Assembly: GCA_030770535.1 (NCBI GenBank)
Contig: JASVEC010000120.1
Span: 1-47,347, forward strand
Reading direction: 5' to 3'
Length of the DNA: 47,347 bases
Source of the DNA: Batkoa obscura
Taxonomy: Eukaryota
The position numbers and the translations under genes were made by a program. The notes below the pieces were generated by a model that saw only the letters and a program-made list of their open reading frames with translations, was not told the DNA's origin and made no database searches. Positions 12,767 to 23,071 of the stretch are shown one piece after another (position 1 is the stretch's first letter; each line of letters opens with the position of its first letter).

Positions 12767-14332
12767 TTAACTTAAAAGTCTAAAGTTTAGATATAAATCT
12801 TTCGTCAATAATAAAAAGTTGGAAGTTAGTAAAAGAGGGGCGCCATTAGCTTGTGGGGAGTTCGGGGGGTAGGAAATAGAATATCTCGTAAGTAAGATTG
12901 AAAGTACCAATTTTTGTTCTAATATTGAGAAAAAGCTACCAATGCAAAATTTACTACCGCCTCCAAATCCAAAGAAATTCTCATTGTCGTTATTAAAATA
13001 TACACTTTTGCTAATATTCTTCTTTTTACTATCCTTTTCATTTAAAAATCTTTCTGGTATAAATTTGTCTGCATCTTTGAAATTATCATTGTCTCGATGG
13101 ATATAAAATAAGTCTAGGTTAATACTACAATCTTTAGGTATATGAAAACCGTTAACTTTAAACTCTTTTTTATTAATTCTAGTGGTTAATCTAGGCACAG
13201 CTGGATATAATCTTATAGTTTCTTTAATAATTGCTAATAAATATTTCATTCCTTTAACTTGTTCGGAATTTGGAAACTGTATTTCATCAAGTTCTTTACA
13301 GTTATTGTACTTTTTCAATTCCATTAACTCCATTACTTCTTTACGTGCTTTTTCCTGAATGTCTGGATTTTGAGCTAAATAGTGTAAAGTTGCTGACAAT
13401 ATAAAGGATGTAGTATCATGTCCGGCTAATATATATATCATTATATTATCTCTTATTTCTTTGTCACTAAACAGAATCTCATTATTTAGATTGGCCTTTA
13501 TCATTAGTGTCAAAATATCGTCATTGTTATTATCCTTCATATTGTTATCCTTTATTATTTTATTTCTTTTTTCGGTTAAAATTTTACTAAAATAATCTTC
13601 AATTAAATATAAACATTGGTAAGATGAATTTCTAAACGGATTACGTGGTGTATCAAAAATAGAAAACAATAAATAGAATGGGTTTAATGATTCTCGAATA
13701 ATTTGATTATAAGCAGCTATAAAAGCTACATTTTCATTTTCAACTGAATTAAAATCTACTCCCATAACACCTTTTCCCAAGGAATCCATAGTTATTTTCT
13801 GCATGTATTTATAGACATCAACCGAAGTATTTATAGAACGATTCGCTTGTTCCACTTTTTTAATGAAATTTAAGATAATGGAATGGAATAGGGAAGTGCC
13901 AAACTTCTTTTTAAATACTCTTTGTCCTATTTTACGGTATTTTTTCCAATCATCACCATTTGAATAAACAATATTTTTACCCATATATTTTGCAAATAGA
14001 CTATTGGGAAAGTTGTCCATGGGTATTTCTTTAGGGAAATTAACAGTATCGTTCAATATCATCCTTGCTGTTTTTGGACAATTTACAATGATCTCCCATG
14101 CTCCGTATTCGAATAAAGTTAACAATTTGTATTTATTCAAATCCTTTTGAATAAATGTTTTATGCTTAACATCTCTCGGTTTGTTCGAAAACATACACTT
14201 TAAACATTGAAAAATGGATTTCGAGGGTAAATGAGTTAATTTTCCGGGTTTCTTCAATATTATAAGATAAATAATTAGAATCAAACTACCAAAGCTGATC
14301 AAAATTAGGTCTAATACTGTTATTATACTCAT
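12767..14332 (-). CDS. Cytochrome P450
   Basis: N-terminal membrane anchor, AGHDTT I-helix, ETIR, PERF, FGGGSKFCIG heme loop; intronless. Confidence 0.96.
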   Translation of the reverse strand: MSIITVLDLILISFGSLILIIYLIILKKPGKLTHLPSKSIFQCLKCMFSNKPRDVKHKTFIQKDLNKYKLLTLFEYGAWEIIVNCPKTARMILNDTVNFPKEIPMDNFPNSLFAKYMGKNIVYSNGDDWKKYRKIGQRVFKKKFGTSLFHSIILNFIKKVEQANRSINTSVDVYKYMQKITMDSLGKGVMGVDFNSVENENVAFIAAYNQIIRESLNPFYLLFSIFDTPRNPFRNSSYQCLYLIEDYFSKILTEKRNKIIKDNNMKDNNNDDILTLMIKANLNNEILFSDKEIRDNIMIYILAGHDTTSFILSATLHYLAQNPDIQEKARKEVMELMELKKYNNCKELDEIQFPNSEQVKGMKYLLAIIKETIRLYPAVPRLTTRINKKEFKVNGFHIPKDCSINLDLFYIHRDNDNFKDADKFIPERFLNEKDSKKKNISKSVYFNNDNENFFGFGGGSKFCIGSFFSILEQKLVLSILLTRYSISYPPNSPQANGAPLLLTSNFLLLTKDLYLNFRLLS

Positions 14333-14690
14333 TTTATATTTGTATGGTTCTATTATTTTCGAAAAATAATAATGCCAGTGGCAGCAAATTCTATAAACTT
14401 TATCTTTATTTTGCTTTTATCTCTTTTTATACTTTTTTATTGTTCCCTACTTTTATTGCAAGTTACATATTGCTGTGATTTACTATTATTACTATCACAA
14501 GTGTATCCCTCAATTTATGTAAAAGTAAGTGTGGTACTTTTATTATTTTTAGAATATACTTTTTATACAATATCATTTTAATATAATTCTATTAAATATG
14601 GAAATTAAACCAAATTAGTTTTTGTTTGATTGCATTTAATTAGCCACATATATAGTTAAAGCAAGTATATTTATCTTATTATTTAATATC

Positions 14691-14724
14691 TAAATAATGT
14701 AATAAATAATGTAATAAATAATGT
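14691..14724. repeat. Short tandem repeat of a 12-bp unit TAAATAATGTAA (~3 copies)
   Basis: TAAATAATGT at 14691, 14703 and 14715. Confidence 0.75.
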
Positions 14725-15680
14725 TCTATTTACTTATATAGTATAGTAATGGTCATTTATTCCAAACACGGGGCTCACATATTAAATATTATAATATATC
14801 TGGCGTTTCAATGAATTAAGAGCTATAATATTTTATAGAACATAATACATAAATGCATCAATATAAATTCGTAGACCAATAAATTAATAATTCCAAGATT
14901 AAATCACCAAATAACCTTTCTAAGACTTTGTCTTAAAGTAAGAAAGTATAGTTATCTAAAAAAGTATATTCAACCGACTGTTGTTCCTATTTAAAAATTG
15001 TGAATAGGGATGTCTGAATTGGTTTCTTTTTTTATCCAATTTCTAAAAATTTCGCTTAAAATTCTGTAAAAACAAACTCTCTATTAAAAAAAAGTACCTA
15101 ATACAGTTTAAATTATTTTATTATAATTTATACTAAGTTAGCTGAATTTCTACTAAATTTAATATAAATTTGCAGATTAGTAAGGCTTTTACTAATATAA
15201 CCTGTATGTTAATATTGGTCAAAGTTGTAGTATGTAAATAGATACATATTCTTAGAAAACTTCAGTAAGAAATATTTATTATTAACTGTTTTATAGCCAA
15301 AATTGCATATTTGCTATCAAATAAATCATTTTAATATTATAGTTGCATTATTACTATATTACTAATTTAATAAATAACTGCGTGGGAGAGAGCGATTAGC
15401 TATTTTCATGTAATACATATAATATAATAATAGCTTTTATTTGTTATTACAATCATTTGCTTTTTGATTTATTTATTAATTTTGCTTATTAATAATTTTG
15501 TTATTAGTAATGTTAACATTTAATAAACTATTTGTTTGCTTAGTAAACACTGAAACTTTCAAATTTTCTATTATTTCTACAAAATAAGCTGGAGTTAATT
15601 TTTTAATTTTTCATAAACTTTATAGCTTTAATTAGATTTATATCACCTTTTTTGATCTATCAGATACCAAATAACAATAT

Positions 15681-15779
15681 AGGGATGCATTTTTTTGTTT
15701 AAGAACTTTACTGATAGGTTATCCACTCAAGTAGTACTTAAAGAATGGAAAAAGTAATAAAACCAAAAAAAATACCACC
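15681..15779. mobile_element. MITE in copy B
   Basis: Family consensus; flanks ATAT/ATAG. Confidence 0.8.
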
Positions 15780-16091
15780 ATAGTTTATTACTATATTTAA
15801 TAAAACGTAAATACTTTTTAATACTTTGTATTTTTATTATTTTTATATCTTTATTTTTTTTATAGCTTTTAAAAATTACGTCCGTTTTATTATTAACAGT
15901 TAACTTAATAATTTTGAAATTAATCAGTTAATGTTTAAATTAGTATTTACTTTATGAATTTTTTTAATATATAATGTAAAAACTTTTAAAATCCAAAAAG
16001 GTTCTTTATATCTGCATATATATTAATTTTTATAAACTTTTTAAGTAGAAGCTTTTTAAGTATTAAACCAATTAAACAATTTATTGCATAT

Positions 16092-16191
16092 GGGGGGATG
16101 TATTTCTGTGTTTAAGAATTTTACTAACAATCCTTCCGCTCAAGTGGTGCTTAAAAAGTAGAAAAAGTAATGAAATAAAAAAAACATCCCC
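16092..16191. mobile_element. MITE in copy B
   Basis: Family consensus, ATAT flanks. Confidence 0.85.
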
Positions 16192-16362
16192 ATATACTGA
16201 ATTATGATTTAGTATTTCAGATAGATAATCAAAATAAACTTTGTCTATTGTTTTATCATTTTCAAATATAAAACACTAAAACTTAATATTGATATAGCTT
16301 ATTTATTATAATAGTCTAAATTTATTAATCTGATCTTGTTTGTTTCTATGTTTTATTTAAGT

Positions 16363-16926
16363 TGTGAAATATCGCTTTGTCAGCTCAATGATTGATTATA
16401 GCATAATGAACATTTAAGCCGTTGTGTTCTCAAATTCAGAGACAATCAATCCCACGCTCTTAGTTTGATTTACTATGGGAATTTCTAGCTTCATCCCAAA
16501 GAATATCATCCTCTCGTTTTGATATCTATGTTTGTTGGAGTATAAAAGAGCTTTTAGAATATGGGGATGTATTTTTGTTTCTAACAATTTTACTAACAAT
16601 TTTTCCACTCAAATAGCGCTTGGAAGGTGGAAAAGTAATGAAGGCAAAAAAACATACTCATATAGTAGTTCGGAGCTTTTCAATTGAATTATTCCCTAGT
16701 ATCTCGTACGCTTAATAAAGCCACTAAATCTCTCTGATAACATTTCACATAGATTTTACAGTAGTATTGTCTATTCTATTTGTCTTACATAGTCCATAGC
16801 CTATTACGTGCTATTCTTCATAATTCAAGTCCATCTTAGTTACATAAACTAAGACCTTTCGACTCACAGCTAGTCAACCAAGCGATAATTATTATTAACT
16901 CCAATCACTGAGTACCAGATTTCACA
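16363..16926 (+). mobile_element. Solo LTR containing a MITE (16563-16659)
   Basis: TGTGAAAT...ATTTCACA, TSD AAGT; TATAAAAG at 16541 and AATAAA near 16714; inner MITE flanked by ATAT. Confidence 0.88.
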
Positions 16927-16945
16927 AAGTCTAAAATCATTATAT

Positions 16946-17042
16946 GGGGCTGTTTTTTTTAGTTTCATTATTTTTCCATTTTTTAAGCGCTATTTGAGTG
17001 GAAAGATTGTAGTAAAATTCTTAAATAAAAAAACACATCCCC
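16946..17042. mobile_element. MITE in copy B
   Basis: GGGGCTG...CATCCCC, ATAT flanks. Confidence 0.88.
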
Positions 17043-17274
17043 ATATAGCTTTTATTATTTAATTCTTTAATAGTTTCATTAAATATATTTTTTCAAGTAT
17101 TAATATTATATTAATATAATTTATATAACTTTTTGTTTTTATTAAAAGATTTTATCTGTGCTTTATTTTTTGTTGGTATATTTATTTTATTTTCAAATAA
17201 CTTTTTTTTAATTGTATACTAGGCATATACTGCATAAATCTGGTTTGCTGCATTTTTAAAATTATTTAATATAT

Positions 17275-17370
17275 GGGGATGTATTTTTTTATTTAAGAAC
17301 ATTACTAACAATTTTCCACTCAAACAGCACTTAAGAAATGGAAAAAGTAACGAAATCAAAAAACATCCTC
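17275..17370. mobile_element. MITE
   Basis: Family consensus; flanks ATAT/ATGT. Confidence 0.85.
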
Positions 17371-18182
17371 ATGTGCTCTGTTAATTGTTTCATATGAAAG
17401 TAACCTTTATTTTGAATTAGGTTACACATAAAACAAAGATCTCCAGGATAGGCATATCATTGCTAATAAATTTAACCAATTTTTTTATAGTTATTTATAA
17501 CCCATATTCTTATTTCAAAAGACTCAAATAAGTTTATTTTTATTCATTTGATAACCCTTTATTTTATTTTTATTTGTTTATTTGTTTTAGTAGGACATTT
17601 CATTTGAGTATTCTTTTAAGCCATCGTTTGAGCTGATTACTTAGTTGAAGAGAACTATATTGTTTTAAGTAAAAAATTAAGCTCATAAAATAAATAATAT
17701 AATATGAACTAGGAGTTTCATTTTATTATAAAATATAATTAAAATTTTGATATTTTGTAAAAGGTAAAAATCAGGAGAAGTAACAGGTTCAAGTGGAATT
17801 ATACTAGGTGGGTGCTGCTTCGAGTCTAGCAAGAAAGTCAAACTAAATTGAGACGATTTTTGTTTTAAAAGACTTATTTCACACATTATTATTAAAACAA
17901 ATCATATCTATTGAAATCTAGTTCGATTTAGATAAATTTACACATAACTTCAGATATACAAAATAACATTTGAAGTTTATAATGGCTCATAAACATTATT
18001 GCTATTAATTACTGTCACTATTACTGCTGTTGCTATTGGTTATAACTTTCGTTATTGTTCTTAGCTATTATCATTACTGTTATTAATATTATTACTATTG
18101 CCTCTATTATTGTTGAAACTACTATTGTTAAAACCAATATGATAGTTGTTATTACTATTGTCCTTGGTATTGTTTAACATTT

Positions 18183-20745
18183 CTAATCTTCGATTGGGCT
18201 CAAAGTTTTTAGATTTAAATCAAATACTTCATCATCGCCGAAGTAATTGAAATAATTGCCAGAATCACATTCCATTATTTTTTTCACAAATTCTACATCT
18301 TCATCCAATATATTTGATCCTTTGATGTATTCGTTCGCTATCCTAACAACGTTATTATCATTCATATCATCATAGCAAAGTTCTTCAAAATCGAATCCAT
18401 CAGCCACCGTAACGTTATCAAAATCGACATCCGGGATATCATTTTCCTCCACCATTACTTTTAAAGCACGCTTTATTTTTTCTTTACTCGTCATGTAAGG
18501 GGCAGTTGAAGACTCCATTGGGTTTTCAGATATACTGTCATATATATCGCCTGAAATTTCTATTTCATTCATTTCCTCTGGTGACTGCAGAGGCTCAGGT
18601 TGATTGAAGACAAGTTGATTATGGTAAGCATGATCATAATTCCTTGGTTGTTCAGATCTACTATTATATATCTCAGTTGGATTATTTCTCTCGTTTATTT
18701 CTTCTGATGATTGCGGAAATTCAAATTGATTGAAGGCAGCTTGATTATGATAGGTATAGTCGTAATATCTTGGCTCTTCAATTGAAGGTCTACTTTCAAT
18801 TTGCGTATTAACTGAGAGATATTAATAACTAAAATTTAGTATGTTATAATAAGTTACCTTTATTTTGATCTTGATTTGAAGCTTTTTTAGCTTCATACTG
18901 CTCTACTTGGGCCTGGATGAGACTATTGACATGCTCTCGTTCTGAAAGTAAATACCTAAAAAGGGGATCCGTTTTTAATAAATCATCATTTGAGTCACTC
19001 AAACCATTTTGATTTCCGAATGGAAATAAGCGTCCTGATTCGCTACTAAGGTCCACTCTATTTGATTCAATATCTTGTATTGACTTCAAAATGCTGTTTC
19101 TTTGGTTTACCAAGCAATTATAATATTGGTACATAGCATAGTCTTTATTACTGGCAATTAGCTTTAAGTCTTTATCCCCAAAATCCAATGTAATAAGTCC
19201 ATCTACACGCGCCTTTTCTGCCCTTAAATAGTCATATAGTAAATCTAAACCATTTACTCGTCTTGTAACTTTAACGGGCTTTTGTTGAAAAATTTTATCT
19301 CCATCAATTGAGCTTTGTTTATCACTATTCCCCAATTCAAATGAAAATAATTGGGATTCAGAAGAATTGTGGCTAGAAGAGGCATCAAGGTTTAGTGATT
19401 TCTCGCCACCTTGAGCAACTAGGCCTTTTTCTAGGCTATCTTGTGCCTGGAAAGAAGACTTATGAAGCTCAAGAGAGGAAGTATTCGGCCCTGCTGGCTC
19501 TCCTAGAGGTTGCTTATTACCTCTCATAATATTGACTGGTGTATTAAAAAAACTACCTGTATCTGACACTCTATTAGTAATATCCTCTGGATCAAATCCC
19601 AGATGTTTCTGAGGAATTTGGGCATCTTTATTTTGAAGATTGGTTTTATTTGTTGTTTCATTTAAGTGTAATCGGTTTTGATATGTTTGGTATGTATCTG
19701 GGGAACTAACGTCACCATCAATAGGTGATTTCTTATCTATTCCATTTTTATTATTATGCTTTCTAACATTCAATGAGTCCAAATCGGACTTTCCCTTTTT
19801 TGATGAATTTCTAACTTTTTTGGTCTCATAGGAAGTCTTTTGTAATTTAATGGAACTATTAGAATTATCATCTGTTTTTTTAGAATGTAGGGTGGTTCTC
19901 AAGTGAGTTCGTTTCAAAGTACTATTTTGATTAAGATCTAAAGGTTTACCATAATGAACACCAGTACTTAGTAAGGATGGTTGTGTTTTTGATACAATTA
20001 AAGCTGATTTGGGTTCATTTTTTCTATTTAATTTAAAGGATTTAACAACTCGCGCTGGTAAAGGTTTGTGATCCTCTTTAATGGATTCGGCATTGTTAGT
20101 AGCTAACTTAGATCCATTTTTTCTATTTAAACTAAAAGATTTAGCAGCTCTGGATGGTAAAGGCTTAAGATTCTCTTTGACGAGTTCAGTAGTATTATTA
20201 GTCGATTTTGGTTTACCTTTAGTATCGTTCATTAATGCTTTGTTTTCTACTTGAGTGGGATCCTTTATTGTTTTAATCTCTTTTCCATCTTCTTTCTCTT
20301 TCACTTCTGTTTGAAGTTTCTTTAGTCTCCTTTTTTCACGTCTTTCTTCTTTTTCTCTTTTTTCTTTCTCTAACTTTTCTTTGATGCGAGCTGACATTCT
20401 AATCGAAATGTTGTTACTTGTATCATTACTTGATGAGATCCCAGTTTCCATATTTTTTGGTATGACATGTGATACTTTTTGTTCAGCCTCAGCTTTATTG
20501 CTCAAGTTAGTGTTTGATGCAGTATTGTTCTTTCTAATTTTATTATCTTGATTATGCTGGATAGAGGAGCTTTTATTACTTTTAGACATTGTAACTTTTG
20601 GAATTTTCACCTTGGATAATAAGCTGCTAGCTTTGGTTGGTATAGCCTTAACAATGGTAGTCGCGCTATCTTTAGACTTGGCAGAACCCTTTGATAGCCT
20701 TCCCCTTGACTTTCCTTGAGGTTTAGCTTTGTTATCTTTAGGCAT
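18183..20745 (-). CDS. Hypothetical ~838-aa protein, basic N-half and acidic C-terminus, internal repeats
   Basis: ATG at 20745; intron 18857-18812 joins the 643-aa and 129-aa ORFs in frame; no domain recognised. Confidence 0.75.
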
Positions 20746-21156
20746 TGTGTGATATTTGAAGAGTATAAAAAACAAAAGTATTCTCTAATTTCTTTGTTAT
20801 TCTTACATTTAATTTCAAGTCCAAACATGCAGCCAATCAATTAACTATCTGTATACTTGGCAAGTAGACAAGTTAGACATTAAATTTAGTTTAATTAGCT
20901 AAAAAATTCTGTTTGTTTGAGATAATTTTTCTAAAAAATACAGTAGCCCCAGAGACTGTTTAATGTTTTATTAATTTATAATTAATATTTACTTACTAAT
21001 CTAGTAAATAATTAATCGTAATAAAGTTTTGCACACTTGTAAAATATTGGCTAAGCTATTAATTGTCTAACTTATAGTATCATTGGTTATCTGACTATGA
21101 AGTAATTAAATTCTAAACAGAATACTAATATTTAAGCAGTTTTAATAAAAAAATAT

Positions 21157-21255
21157 GGGAATATATTTTTGTGTTTAAGAATCTTACTAACAATCTTTCC
21201 ACTCAAATAATGCTTGAAAGATGAAAAAAGTAATGAGGCCAAAAAAAACATCCGA
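21157..21255. mobile_element. MITE
   Basis: Family consensus, ATAT flanks, right end degenerate. Confidence 0.8.
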
Positions 21256-21295
21256 ATATAATATTTTGTTAGGCTATTTTTTGTTATAAATATAT

Positions 21296-21860
21296 GGGGA
21301 TGTGTTTTTTGTTTAGCAACTTTACTAGCAATCTTTCCACTCAAATAGTACTTAAAAGTGTGAAATCTGGTACTCAGTGTTTGGAGTCAAGAACAGCTAT
21401 TACTGGGTTGACTACACTATAAGTCGAAAGGTCTTACTTTATGTGACTAAGATAGACTTGAATTATGAGGAATAGCACGTAATAGGTTACAAGCTATATA
21501 AGACAAATATAATAGAGAATACTAATGTAAAATCTACGTAAAATACTATTAAGAAAACTTAGTAACTTTATTAAATGTTTGAGATATCAGGGAATAATTC
21601 AGTTAAAAAGCCTCGAACTACTATACTCTATAAACTCTTTTATACTCTGAAAAGTATAAATATCAAAATGAGAAGATAATGTTGTTTGGAATGGAGCTAG
21701 AAATTCTCATAGCAAATCAAACTAAGAACGTGGGATTGATTTTCTCTGAACTCAAGAACACAACAGCTTAGGCGATTGTTATGCTATAATTAACTATGGG
21801 ACTGACAAAGCGATATTTCACAAAAGACTGAAAAAGTAATGGGCCTAAAAAAAACGTACC
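21296..21860. mobile_element. MITE split by a solo LTR
   Basis: GGGGATGT...TAGTACTTAAAAG | LTR | AAAGACTGAAAAAGTAATG... Confidence 0.8.
21359..21822 (-). mobile_element. Solo LTR (464 bp)
   Basis: TGTGAAAT...ATTTCACA, TSD AAAG. Confidence 0.9.
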
Positions 21861-21861
21861 T

Positions 21862-22771
21862 AGTAGTTTGAATATTGATCTTAATTTTTTTGCTGAGGAT
21901 CATGAAAAAAGTATAGTTGATGGACATTTTGGAAACCTTTCAAAACGGAAAAGTAGTTTTGAAGCGTTAGGTAAAATAGAAGATATCAATCAATTAATCT
22001 CAAGATTTGAGGCTTTTATTTGCGAGCATAACAAAATTAATAACTCGACTGTTAATAATGGGAAAACAGATATAATTTTTAAAAAGTATAAAAGAAACAA
22101 AAATACAAAAAGAATAATAGAGATGCAGGGCATTAAGAAGCATTTACACATTATTAAGCATAACAATAAACTACATTGTTATCCAGTATCCGATACATAA
22201 AAAAAAAGCGATATAGTTACAATTAAAGTTATAGAGTCTATAGAAAATAGAGAAATTAAAAGATCAATCCCAGCTTACCTTACGAAAATAACAGAGAATT
22301 TGAAATTTTCGATATTTACCAAGTACTTTGTTAAATGATACAAATAGATTGTTGAATGTTAAAATTACTTAAGCTATTAATAGCTAAGTTAATAAATAGT
22401 CAAAAAACAAGTAATTGTAACAATATGTAAAAACTATTATTATATTACTTGTACTATATAGGGATGGTTAATTATAGTTTCGGGGCTAATTACTCCCTCC
22501 CATACAGCTATTTATTAACTTGGCAATATATTATGTAATTATAACATCAAAATAGTTTATTTATTTGATAACAAATCTGAAATGTTGGTTATAAAGCAGT
22601 CGATAATAAATATTTCTCAATAAAGTTTTATAAGAATATATATTTAAGATCTAGTAGAAATTCAACTAACTTACAGTATAAACTATAATAGAATGATTTA
22701 GAACTGTGTTTGGGTACTCTTGTTTTAATAAAAAATTTGGACAAAACAATGAAACTAATTCAGACAGCCCC
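21862..22771 (+). mobile_element. Sola-like transposon, copy C (third catalytic Asp motif, C-terminus, right terminus)
   Basis: ORF 21868-22200 has NFFAEDHEKSIVDGHFG; ends GAAACTAATTCAGACAGCCCC followed by ATAT. Confidence 0.78.
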
Positions 22772-23071
22772 ATATGTATTTAAATAATTAATTGTTATTA
22801 TTTTATATATTAATATATATAAACTTAATAATTATTGAAATTGTTTTTTTATCACTTTTTTAGTTTTTGTAAAACGATATAATTACTCTGTTTAGCTTTC
22901 TAGTTTATCTCTCTGTTGTATTCTTCAATTAGTATCATTACCAAAATTCAGGAGAAAGCAACTTATATTTTGGGATAAACGTTAAATAAATTTAAGCCAA
23001 TTAAACTGTATCTCTCGAAATAAATAATCTGAATAAAAATTAAAATTGTTTTTTTGATATAGAATTGAAAA

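Larger units (their letters stand above)
15007..17270 (-). mobile_element. Decayed Sola-like transposon, copy B, retaining first and second catalytic Asp regions; carries nested MITEs and a solo LTR
   Basis: Right terminus GGGATGTCTGAATTGGTTTC at 15007; with inserts removed the minus strand reads (with frameshifts/stops) KSYIMILD(F)K..N, DYYNK, YFDYLSEILNHNS, INIYAD; 17047-17270 is homologous to ~1063-1310. Confidence 0.75.

Noticed and set aside
21359..21822. 460-bp element as a TIR DNA transposon (Ginger-like)
   Set aside because: Only 8-bp inverted ends and an ordered TATA then AATAAA layout favour a solo LTR; not fully excluded because no internal gag/pol is in the window
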